This document shows, piece after piece, positions 1 to 11,419 of a stretch of 64,000 nucleotides of DNA (its first letter is position 1; each line of letters begins with the position of its first letter). The translations under genes and the position numbers were made by a program. Source of the stretch: Hypanus sabinus (Eukaryota). Where the stretch lies: contig NC_082712.1 of assembly GCF_030144855.1 (NCBI RefSeq), positions 96,286,001-96,350,000 of the forward strand. The letters run 5' to 3'. A model generated the notes under the pieces. The model saw nothing but the letters and a program-made list of their open reading frames with translations. It made no database searches and was not told the origin of the DNA.

Positions 1-600
1 AACAACACAGACCCAGCACTGATCCCCACGGCACTCCAGTCAGAAGCTTCTCCCACAAAGACAACATCTAATTCAATTTACTGCCTCATCTTGAATGCCG
101 AGCAACTGAACCTTCTTAATCAACCTCCCATGTGGGACTTTGTCAAATGCCTTACTAAAGTCCATGCAGACAACATCCATCACCTTGACTTTATCCACTT
201 TCCTTGTAGATTCCTGAAAAAACTCTATGATTGGTTAGAAATGACCTATGACTCACAAAGCCATGCTGACTATGCATATATTCAAATATCTGATCACTTA
301 GCATACCTTCCAATAACTTTCCCAGTACTGATGTCAGGCTCACCAGCCTACAATTTCCTGGCTAATTTTTAGAGCATTTCTTTAACAGTGGAAGTACATT
401 GGCTATCCATCGATCCTCAAGCTATCCACCTATTGCCAAGGATAATTTAAGTATCTTTGTGAGGGCCCTGGTAATTTCTGCATTTGTAACTCTCAGGGTC
501 CAAAGAGGCACCTTGTCAGACCCTGTGGTTTTATCACCTTAATTTGCATCAGGACAGCAAACCCTCCTCCTCAGCAATCTGCATGGGTTGCATTAAGTCA
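1..600 (-). mobile_element. Degenerate CR1 LINE reverse-transcriptase fragment
   Basis: The reverse strand at 130-180 reads DVVCMDFSKAFDKVPHG. Confidence 0.75.
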
Positions 601-1023
601 ATGCCACTCTACCCGTCACCAGGTTCCATTAACTAAAATCGTCATGTGTTAAATAAAGCCTACATTGCGGCTGAAAGGAATGACTAAATATAAAATGAAT
701 ATTGCAATCTTCAGAATCATTTGACTCGACAGTCCAATTCCTCAGGCAAGGCCAAATTCGAGCGGGCAACAAAGCTTTGCTGTACTGGGTTCAAGTCTCA
801 ACAAGGCCTATGATAGAAAGAATGGAGTTAAGCACTATCACAATTAAATAATAATTAGCTGACTCTGATTTCAAGAGAGGGAAAACTCTGATTTCAAACC
901 TCCGCTGCCTTGCGGCCATACCCACTCATGGGAAAGGCTTCGGGAGTAAACCCTGAGGACAAATCCGGAGCTGGAGTCCCTAAGGCAGTCCGACGTTGCC
1001 TTCAACCTCATTCTGGCAACATC

Positions 1024-4000
1024 TGTGATGACACTGGTGCCAAGCTGTATCGGCCCTTGCCCTTTCCTTGGACAACATCGGTGGCGTGGAGAGGGGAGAC
1101 TTGTTGTATGAGCAACATCCGGTCTTCTATACAACCTTGCCAAGGCCTGCACTCTGGAGAAGACTCTCCAGGTGCAGATCCATGGTCTCGCGAGACTAAT
1201 GGATGCATATTCACGAGTGCAATTGCCGAATCTGCTGTGTTGCTGAATCCATGGTTGTGACAGGGCCCTCCTCTCTAGGTGCAGCTCCTGAGGTGCCACA
1301 GATCTGGGTCCGCTGGAAGTTCCAGATGAGCGACTTGTCCAAGATGTCCTTTGTCAGGAACCATGTACATGCTTCTGGACCATACTCTTTCCAGTCCACA
1401 AGGTACTGGACCTTACCACGTACCCAGTGGGATGCCAGGAAGCACCGCACAGTATAGACAAGGGAACCACCTACTAGGCGGGGAGGATGGAGAGGTGGAG
1501 TGACTGGGACCAGGGGAGAAGCAGCAACCGGCTTGAGCTGGGAAACATGGAACACTGCCTTTATATTCTTGTTGCTGGGATGATAGGCGAGGACGAAATT
1601 GAACCGTGTGAGGAAGAGAGCCCACTGGGCTTGACGAGTTGAGTCTCTTTGTATCCTGAATGTAGGCGAGGCTCTTGTGATCTGCTTGGAGCAAGAATGG
1701 ATGCTCTGCCCCCTCCAGCCAGTGTCACCATTCCTCCAGAGCCTCCTTGACAGCCAGAAATTTCTGGTTCCCAACATCATACTTCCTCTCTGCCAGAGTA
1801 AAGTGACAGGAAAGAATGGCATAATGGTGCAGCTGACTACCCCAAGACGAGCGCTGTGAGAGAACAGCTCCAAAGCCTGCGTCAGATGTATCCGCCTTGA
1901 GAATGAATGGCTGAGATGGGTCTGGGCATTGCAGCGATGGGGTAGTGGTGAAATATCACTTCAGCTCCAAAACTGCTGGTTGTTACCGTCCATCCAATGG
2001 AATCCTGCCGATGTCTCCTTGGTGAGTGCATTTATAGAAACTGTGACGAAGCAGCGATAAAGGTTTGCAAACCACATGAAGTGTCGTACCTGTTTGAATG
2101 TAGATGGTTTGGGCCACTCTGCAACTGCCCGAACTTTACTAGGATCTATTTGAACACTGAATGGGACAAGTATATAGCCCAAAAACAACACCTGGTCTTT
2201 ATGGAATTCACATTTTTCAGGCTTGGCCTATGGGTCATTTTCAAGAAGGTCTGTGTATTCTCCAGACACGTGGGACGTGCTCCTGATGAGAGCGGGAATA
2301 GATAAGGATGTCATCTAAATACACAAACACTAACTGGTTCAACATGTCTCTGAGCACATCGTAAACCAAGGCCTGGAATTTAGCCAGCACATTGACCAGA
2401 CCAAAAGGCATCACTAAGTGCTCAGTGACTGTTAGAGGTGTTGAAAGCTGTTTTCCACTCTTCTCCTTCTCTTATGCGAACCAGATTGCAAACTGCGCAG
2501 ATCAATTTTGGAAAATGTGATAGCTCCCTGGAGATGTTCAAACGCAGACGCCAGCAAGGGAAGAGGGTGGCGGTTCTTCACAGTGATGTTGTTCAGGGAC
2601 CAATAATCGATGCAGGAATGGAGCTTGCCATCTTTCTTGCTCACAAAAAAAGCCCACTGCTGCCAGCGAGGTTGACGGGCAAATAAACCCCATGGCCAAT
2701 GCCTCCTTGACGTATTCCTCCATGGCCACCGTTTGAGGATGAGGGGGAAAAGAGCCCGCCCTGGGGAGGACTAGGGCCAGGTAGGAGGTCTATTGCACAG
2801 TCGTATGGCCGGTGTGCGGGCAGGGTGTGGTCATCCTTTTATTGAAAACCTCAAGGAGATCCGCATATTGTGCTGGAATCCCAGACAGGTCCATATCCTT
2901 AGCTGACAGCAGGGAATTTGTGGAACGGAGCTTGAGCTGAATCCAGACAATAGACAGGAATACCGGTCCCCACTCTTGGAGTATTTTCAGAGACCAATCA
3001 ATCCCTGGGTATCCTGACGTAACCCATGGGAGACCAAATACCAGTGGCAGTTCAGGCGATCCAACCAGATAGAAAGACATCTCTTCATGATGGCATCAAT
3101 TGGAGGGGTTGGGTGGAAAGGTGGATATGGCTGGTTCCCAGAGCTTGACCACCCAGCACCTTGAAATTGATCTTTTCTCTTAATTCCTGAGTTGGAACTT
3201 TGAACGAGAGAGATGTCCACTATATTCCCAGCTGCACTGGAGAAGCCTGAAGTTCATGGGTCTGAGACCTCCATGAGAAAGAAGCTGCAGGCATTACAGA
3301 ATCAGGGGAAGCTGACTGAGGAGAGAACCGACCCGCCAGGATTCCCCTCCCTGCTGGCGGGGATTCTCTTTTACTGGACGCTTGGAACGTGCCGCTCGGA
3401 TGTGTCATGGATCGCAATAGTAGAGGCAGGAACCTGTTCTCCTGCACCGTTCTCATTCCTCCTGAGACAGGTGCATGCATCCTAGGCTCATCCGTGGACT
3501 GGGTGCTGGGTGATGCGGGAGGGAGTGCGGGCGAGGAAAGATGGTAATCAGATAGGAAGCTTGAAGCATTCTTTCCCCGCGCCACACTGTTACCCGGTCA
3601 TCAACTCAAATAGCTGGATTAATCAGGTCATTCACACTATCCTGCTCATCCCAGACAGCGATCTAATGCTGACTTCTGCATTTAGTACACGCTGGAAGGC
3701 AGTAATGTGAGATCTCTCATTCCTACCCATCTCTACTGCAAGCGTGCAGAATTTAACTGCATATGTTCTCACCGTTCCTCTGTCTTGGCACAGGTGCAAG
3801 AGTCGATAGACAGCCTCCTGACCCCGTACTGGAAGATCAAAAACCCTCCTTAACTCTGCCATGAAACGTTAGAACAACTGGGCTGTGAAATACCTTTGCT
3901 CCTGTAAAGCAATGAGCTGGCTGAATGGAGTTTCATCTAGAAGATTGACCATGTACGTCAGTTTTCGCACACTATCACCAAAGCAACCAGTTGGGCTTGA

Positions 4001-4250
4001 AATGTCAGCTCGTTTTGGGTAATACAATTTCTACATCTATCGAGATCAGCAGAATATCTGCCCAGTGGTGGAATTCTCAGTTCCTGTATGGACGTGGGTG
4101 CCTGTGAGGGTCTGAAGGCGGGAGTCAGTTCAGGTCCGGGTGTGGGAGCATTAGTAGCAGAGGTTGTCGGGCCGCAGAGAAGAGGGCCTGTGAGATGCTG
4201 GGAGTGGGACTGAGGTGGCCAGAGGCTGCTGCATTTCATTGTTGAGAATG
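1024..4250 (-). mobile_element. Degenerate Ty3/Gypsy chromovirus (Sushi-like): gag, protease, RT, RNase H, chromodomain, PPT and 3' LTR; integrase deleted
   Basis: Gag (MAELRRVFDLPVRG), protease (SSAAGNIVD), RT ([34 protein letters not shown]), RNase H (DHKSL, WALFL.RFNF) and chromodomain ([15 protein letters not shown]). A purine tract at 1263-1279 is followed by TGTCACA at 1262. Multiple frameshifts. The LTR end at 1024 is approximate. Confidence 0.85.
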
Positions 4251-4594
4251 TTAACAGCCGTCAGCTGATGCTGCCTACTATAAAACAGGAAAAACAATAA
4301 ACTGTGAGGGAGGGGAGAAAAAGCTCTACCTGCAACTTTTTTGCCTTCTCTGACTGAAACCTCAAAGATCAAAAGCCTCAAAATCTCCACTCTATCTTGC
4401 CACTCCAAAATCGGCTGCTCTGACAATGGCCTCTCCACATGCCCTGACTTACTTTAATTTGTTCTTGCTAATCAATTCCAAATGCTTAAAGCTCCAAACT
4501 ACCACGAGTCGCTGCCTTTCTGCTCAATTGGCGAACCTGAGTGAACTACATCTTCTCAGGCTTCTGATCTCCAATCTCCAACTGAGTGCTGCTC

Positions 4595-4670
4595 AAAGCT
4601 GGAGCAGTGCTTAGCCAAACAGTCATAAGTGTAAAGTGAGTGGAGCAGGGGGCTAAGCACACAGCCTTGT
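4595..4670 (-). mobile_element. Rex1/Babar-type RT micro-fragment
   Basis: The reverse strand reads QGCVLSPLLHSLYTYDC. Confidence 0.6.
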
Positions 4671-4939
4671 GATACACCGAGCCGGGACCCCTGCTTGGAA
4701 ACAGGACATAGGGCCGGGTCTCATACACAGAATGCAGAATACGACGAGATGGTTCACAACACAAGGTAGCGACAGACAGCTGGACCTACCTAGTGAATGC
4801 GTGGACACAGACAGTTCCCAACAGTAGGTAGCAGCAAAATGGCTGGACCTACCTAGTGAAGGCGTGGACACAGAGACAGTTCAAAACAACAAAAGACGGT
4901 TCCTTATCTTGCTCCGGTGGTTGAACTTGACTGTAGTGA

Positions 4940-5332
4940 AGGCGAGGCAAAGCGAGGCAAGGCTCCAGGCGAGGCAAAGCGAGGCAAGGCTCCAGGTGAG
5001 GCAAGGCAAAGCCAGGCTCCAGGTGAGGCAAAGCAAGGCTCCAGGTGAGGCGAAGCAAGGCTCCAGGTGAGGCGAAGCAAGGCTCCAGGTGAGGCGAAGC
5101 AAGGCTCCAGGTGAGGCGAAGCAAGGCTCCAGGTGAGGCAAGGTGAAACTCCAGGAGAGGCGAGGCAAGGCTCCAGGAGAGGCGAGGCAAGGCTCCAGTT
5201 GAGGCGAGGCAAGGCTCCAGTTGAGGCGAGGCAAGGCTCCAGTTGAGGCGAGGCAAGGCTCCAGTTGAGGCGAGGCAAGGCTCCAGTTGAGGCGAGGCAA
5301 GGCTCCAGTTGAGGCGAGGCAAGGCTCCAGGA
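4940..5332. repeat. 22-bp minisatellite (GAGGCGAGGCAAGGCTCCAGTT / GAGGCGAAGCAAGGCTCCAGGT), about 17-18 copies
   Basis: Directly visible tandem units with no spacers. Confidence 0.95.
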
Positions 5333-5396
5333 GGAAGGTGAAGGGAAGGGATACAGACAGGAGGTTTGGACAGGTACAATCCAGCTGCCAGAGGCT

Positions 5397-8300
5397 TCTT
5401 TCTCTTCCTTGAGTTTTTACAGCAGTTGGTATCCACATGGTTGCATTACTACCATCTACAGGATTTATTGTCCCTCATTGTCCATTCACTTGACTGCCTA
5501 AAGTCGTCTTTCCAGTCCCGTCGCCCTTGAAAAACTAAATAACCATTTCCTCCCCGATCACTCTCCCCACATTCCAATAAACCTTTAACACTGTTCTCTA
5601 CCAGGCCTATTTTGCGTAATTGTTGTAGCATTTGTTGTCTTTCCTGTGCAAATTTCCTGCATGAAATAAAGATATGCTCTACTGTTTCAGTCTCCTGACA
5701 TAGATCACAAAAACCTGTCGGATGTTTATTTATGATGGCCAGAGTACCATTAAGGTTGTTGTGCCCAATTCTCAATCTACTTATAACTACTTGCTCCTTC
5801 TGCTTTACTCCCCACTCCTTCCCATATCTACTCTGTTCTGAATTGAATGTAAATGTCTTCCTTTTATTGCTCTATCCCAATGTCACTGCCACTGTTGTTT
5901 TATCCTCCTCCACACTATGCTCTTCCCCTCTGATTTTGATAGTTCAATATTGACCTCTACAGATCCTTTTCTGACTGCTGCTTTTGCCAGCTTATCTGCT
6001 GTCTCATTTCCCATAATATCTGAATGTGCTGGAACTAGCCAGTCTTGAATTTGCAAACAGGATTTCATAAAGCAGATCCTGGTATACTTTAGCTGTACCT
6101 GCCTCAATGCTTGCAAGGGCTGATACAGAATCACTACGTATCACAATACTATTACAATCAACCTGCTCACTCCATTCTAGTGCTAATACTATGGTAAACA
6201 TTTCAACTGCATAAAACACTCAAGCAATCCAGTGTTCTCTTGCTAATTTCCACTTGATAACTTGGCACAACAATTGCAGACACTGTTGCACCCATTTCTG
6301 GATCCTTTGATCCATCCGTAAAAATCTGTACGTCTTTATATTTACATTCCCTATACCTATGATAGTCACTGAGTATATCAGCCATGTTATTACTGCGTTT
6401 AATCTTAAGCAATTCCGAATCTACAGAGGGATTTTCTAATACCCAGAAAGGTCTGACAGGCTATTCTATACTTGAACAAAACTCTTTATCATACAACACC
6501 CATATCTTTTGCTGTTTGCTCTCCTGTCCAGCCAAAACTTTCTTTTTGTGTCCTTTCTTCTCCCAACATATCTCCAACACCCTTCTTGTAGGATGGCTAT
6601 CACCATGCCCCCTTAAATTAATTCAGTAATTGGCCTCCAGCTGTTTACGTCACAGCCCCAATGGCATTTTATTTGCTTCAACTTGGAGTGCACACACTGG
6701 GGAAGTTCTAACCGCTCCCAAGCACACCCTTAGAGCCCGAGCTTGCACGATATCCAGTTCTGCTGACACAGATTTTGCTGCTGACTATACTTCCATAGTC
6801 TAACCTTGATCTTATTAACGCTACACAAATATACTTCAGTGATGCAAAATCAGCACCCCATTCCAGACCAGCAAGACACCTCATGACATTTATCACATTT
6901 TTACATTTAGCAACTGCATATCTAACATGTTCTCTCTATGTTAATCTCAAGTCAAAGTGTACTCCCAAAAACTGAAAACTTTTAACTCTCTCCAGGTTAC
7001 TTCCATACAGAGTCAGATTAAGTCCCCTGAGTTTTTCCTTGTAAAGAACATGGTTTTTGTCTTCTCCACTGAAAATTTAACACCCCACTTTGTCCCCCAC
7101 TCTTCAACTTGATTAATTCCATCTTGCATTTTCGTAATTGTGTGTTCAGTATTTCTCCCTCTTTTCCACAAAGCCCCATCATCTGAAAACAATGACTTAC
7201 ACACTTCCGTCGGTATATTTATGAATACATCATTTATCAAAATGGAGGATAAAGTTGGACTCACTACACTCCCCTGATGCGTCCCGTTTTCTACAACATA
7301 CTGGCTTGATAGCTCTGATCCTATCTTCACCTGAATAGTTCTCCCATTTAAAAAGTCTTTAACCTAATTGAGCATTGCCCCACCCAATTCCCATTAAATA
7401 TAACTTGATTAGGAGCCCCTCCTTCCATAACATATCATAAGCTTTTTCAACATCAAAAAAAACTGCAACCACTGTCTCTTTATTGTGTTTCTCTTATTTC
7501 GTCCTCTAGACACACCACTGGATCCATAGTATTCCTTCCTTTCCTGAACCCGCTTTGATATGTAGCCACCATACCTCTACTTTCCAGAAAGTATACTAAC
7601 CTCTCATTTATCATATGTTCCATAAGTTTACATACATGAGACGTCAAGGTAATTGGCCTGTAATTTCCTGGTCTGCTGGCATCTTCTTCAGGTTTCCTTA
7701 TTGGAATAATTATTCTTATATAAACCTGCTGATGGGATGTTAGTTTTCCTACATAAAGCCTCCATACTTTCAGCTTTTGTTCTCTCTCTACCTCTTCTTC
7801 CCTTCTCAGACTAATTATCAGGACTATGTACCATAACAAAAGTACTTGCCAACAACTCTGCCTTTCCCTTATTTGTTACTCCAGTCACATTTCCATCCAC
7901 CAAAATTGGGTACCTCCACTCTCTCCTGTCCCCTCCCATCCTTTTTATCATCCCCCACACCTCTCCTGCTTGGGTTGTGTTTCTGATTGAATCACAATAC
8001 TTTTTCCAGTGCGTCCTTTTAGCATGTCTTACTGTCTTCCTCACTACTGCCTGAGCTTGTTTGTACTGAATCATATGTTGGAAGTTATGAGTTCTTTTAA
8101 CCAATTTAAAAGCCTTATTTCTATTTCTCACTGCTTCCTTACAATAATCATCCCACCATGGCATTACTCTCTTCTTTGTTCCTCCTTTACTTTTAGGAAT
8201 GGATTCTAATGCAGCTGATATTATACCTTGTTTTAATATGCTGTCAAGTGTTTCTATGTCCTTCTCATCACTGACCTGACTTAGATAGCAATCACTTTTT

Positions 8301-10143
8301 TTCCAGAAACTTCTCCCAATTGGCTTTCTCAAGGATCCATTTCCCACCTATATTCTTTGTGACTGATGAGGCAGAAATATTTATCTTGCACCAGACTGGG
8401 TGATGATCACTCCCTACAGTTCCTTCTTGGTACACTAACCACTCACATACTGATGCAATAAAGTTTGATACTAATGTAAGATCAAGCACAGATTCTTTAC
8501 CCGTATTAACATCAATTCTAGTATTACTGCCATCATTAAGGCACACTAAACACTTCTCATTTAGCAACTCCTCTATTACTTGACCATTGGTGTCTGTACT
8601 GTTGCTTCTCCATAATACATTATGTCCATTAAAATCACCACACCAAATAACGTTACTACTAATCTGCCCTTCTATCTCCTCAAGTTTGTTTAACTCTAGT
8701 CTTTTGCATGGATTAAAATAATTCACAATCACCAACTCTTTCCTTTCAGCCCATATTTTTACTACAACATACACTTGTTCACTTCCTATACCTACTATTC
8801 TATAAGGAATACCTTGCTTTGCATAAGATGCACATCCTCCTCCTCCACCCTTTCTCCTGTCTCACCTTACTGCCTCATAACCATATAAAACAAAATCTAA
8901 ATTAGGTTTTAACCAGGTCTCCTGGATACACACAACATCTGGCTTTTCTCTCCTACTAGTTATAAACTGCTTGGAATCTTGTCCATTACCAATCAGGCTT
9001 CTTGCATTCCATTGAAGAAGTAGCATTATTAGTAATATCAACCCACACATACTGTCTCTTGACTTGACTGTAACCTGAATTCATCATTTACCTCTTCCCA
9101 TTTTAATCCTATCACCCTTATCTGCTGCACCTCCACCTCTTTTTTCACCACTTCACATCCCCAGTATGCTACACTATGGTTACCTCCACAATTACAGCAC
9201 TTTGTTCTCATTCCCTCTCCACATTTTCCATATTCATGTTCCCCACCACACCTTGCAGATCTTCTCTTTCCTTTGCACACTTTGGCCACATGCCCAATCT
9301 CCTGGCAATTGAAACATCTCATAGGTTTTGGTATATATTCTCTTACATTGTATCTCAGAAATCCAAAATATAACTCCTTTGGAGGCACCTTATCCTCAAG
9401 TTCTACCAGAACAGTTTCAGTCTCCCTCTTCTCTGCTCCCCTGGTCATTCTTTTCACACTCTTCACTGAACTATTCCTCACCCTTAAGTTCTCCACCAGC
9501 TCCTTCATATTAACACTGAGGGGAACCCAGGAGATCACCTCCTTGCAACCATTGACCCTTTGTGCTCCAACTCTTACAACCCTGGACAATTTGACTAACC
9601 CAACATTAGTCACCTTCATTGCCTTCTCCATCTGCTCTTTAGTTTTACATCCTATCAGCAGGTTTCCATCTCCTAAAATTCTCACATGGCTCACTTCCCT
9701 ACTTGCCCTCTGATGATTTTTTATTAGAATATGCGGAATGATTTTCTTTACTCCACCTTCCCCCTCAAATCTTACCACTACATTTAGTAGTCTTGCCCTC
9801 AGGCCCTTCTCCTCAACTTCTCTTCCCTCATTTTCCAACTCACCTACATTAGACCCACCTCCTTTCTTTCTCTTCTGACCCATCACCTTGCTATTCTTAG
9901 TCCCTCTTCCCACCTCTTCCCACTCAAACTCCATGCTGTTGCTGTCACCATCAGTCTCCCTCCCTGACATCCTATCAGGCTTTGCAAGGAACCATGTATG
10001 AATATCATTCCAGACTTTTACAGGCCATTGGTCAACATTCCGACAGAATGTCCCCCACAACACCCCAGCAGTTCCTCAGCTGTTGCCGCCACAGCCCTCT
10101 TTCTCCCTTTGCATGCTCTCTGCACCAGCCACCAGTCCCACCA
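5397..10143 (-). mobile_element. Full-length degenerate Nimb/I-group non-LTR retrotransposon (ORF1 with three zinc knuckles; ORF2 APE-RT-RNase H-CCHC)
   Basis: ORF1 9038..10063 has CFNCQEIGHVAKVC and CCNCGGNH. ORF2 fragments: QWNARSL, IQETWL, GDFN, SDH, YRPITLTS, QSGFR, QGSVVSP, FTDGSK, GNETADKLAK, CDLC..ETVEHIFISC. GAA-rich 3' tail. TSD ccagaggct at 5388-5396 and 10144-10152. Confidence 0.9.
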
Positions 10144-10806
10144 CCAGAGGCTGAATCCTGAAGCTACTTATGAAGCCAGCCCAAACGAGAATCAGCTGCC
10201 TCAACAGAAACTGGGGGAAACCAGAAAACCTGGAATAAGGAACTTGGACCATACCATGAACCGGAATGCGGATTTCATGGACTGGACCATGACATTATAA
10301 AGGTGCAGCCACTGGGTATGTTCAAGTAAGGGGCTCTGGAGAGTGTGGTTACTCAGAAATTGATAACATTTTTAATATGAAGAGACTTGGGGAATGAGGG
10401 TAAATCAGAGAAATGGCACAGAGCCGTGATGTTAGTTGCCAAGTTGCCTACTCTTCTTCTACTGAATGTACAATAGATGTCATTCAGATTCACCAGGATC
10501 CTCCCTACATGTAATATGCTCACAGAAGTTACACGTATTAATTTTGTTCTAATGCAATTCCCAGAGATCTGCTGTCTGCATCCATATCACCCAACTGTAT
10601 TTAACACCAGGTTGAAATTCCATCATATAACCTGATTCAAAAATCAGTAACACTTCTATGTAGGAGCAGAGTAGAGTTAGAAACTGTTCTTTCATTTACT
10701 GGGCTTCAGGATGGAGGCAGGTTGATCTTCGTATGGTGTGTATCGCAAGAGAATGCCAAGCAGCAGGACAGTCAAAACAACGGCACCAAACTCACAACAT
10801 ACTCAC

Positions 10807-10920
10807 CAACTTCAATTTCATCATCTACACGTTCACAATAGGTCCCTTCATAGGGATCGGGGCAATCACATTCATCGTCATCTTCATCCCAGGTCCCTCC
10901 ATTCTGGCATGGATTTTTTT
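10807..10920 (-). CDS. EGF-like exon of MUC3/MUC12/MUC17-type membrane mucin (EKNPCQNGGTWDEDDDECDCPDPYEGTYCERVDDEIEV)
   Basis: Not in the ORF track. Acceptor tatttatacag| at 10921 and donor G|gtgagt at 10806; 114 nt, phase 1-1. The CQNGGTWD..CxC..YxG..CE motif is the first EGF-like module that follows the PTS region in MUC3/12/17. Confidence 0.85.
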
Positions 10921-11114
10921 CTGTATAAATAGATCATGAGTTTTATATGGGCATTTCTTTTGGATTGAGCTCACATTACAAGTTCCTCCTACAGACTGAA
11001 AACTGTACTGCACCTGAACAGATGCATCAATCTATCTTTAATCTGATGTTATGCACGATTCTTCTTGGCAGGAATATTCAATCATACAGAAGGTCCAAAG
11101 TTCACACACAATGG

Positions 11115-11190
11115 CTGACAGCATGGTAGTGTAGTCGTTAGCACAAAGCTTTACAATACCAGGGACCCAGGTTCAATTCCCACCACAGAC
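11115..11190 (+). mobile_element. tRNA-derived SINE head
   Basis: A-box-like tggtagtgtagtcgttag and B-box ggttcaattccc. Confidence 0.55.
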
Positions 11191-11419
11191 GCCGTTGTGA
11201 ATGGACAACCCCTCAGGTAATAACCTCCTCTGGATTCTCTCCGGTGTCAATATATACATCCACCACCTGCTTCCATGGCTTCACGTGACCCTGGTCAAGT
11301 GGGGGAAGAGGAGAGGGATAAGCAGGTACTACACTGTGTCTGAGTGTGACCTGTAGGCTGGGGGAGGGAAGGAGAACCTTACACATCCTTTGTTAGTGCC
11401 AAATCTACACCCCATCGCC

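Larger units (their letters stand above)
4668..10294 (-). mobile_element. Putative LTR-like element (TGTCATGG...TCACA) split by the Nimb LINE and carrying a minisatellite
   Basis: TG...CA termini. Removing the LINE at its TSD rejoins a continuous non-coding sequence. No TSD seen for this host element. Confidence 0.4.

Noticed and set aside
1211-4240. Domesticated Gypsy gene (PEG10/RTL-like)
   Set aside because: Numerous frameshifts and stops, and degenerate zinc-knuckle and protease motifs.
4940-5332. CRISPR-like array or repeat-protein ORFs 4849..5438
   Set aside because: Head-to-tail 22-bp units without spacers in eukaryotic DNA. The ORFs are by-products of the minisatellite.
10520-10655. 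Candidate SEA exon after the EGF exon (acceptor-like ctcctacatag)
   Set aside because: The phase-1 translation is not SEA-like and reaches a stop before the next plausible donor.
10733-10939. Plus-strand hydrophobic, TM-like 68-aa ORF
   Set aside because: It is the antisense of the acidic EGF exon.
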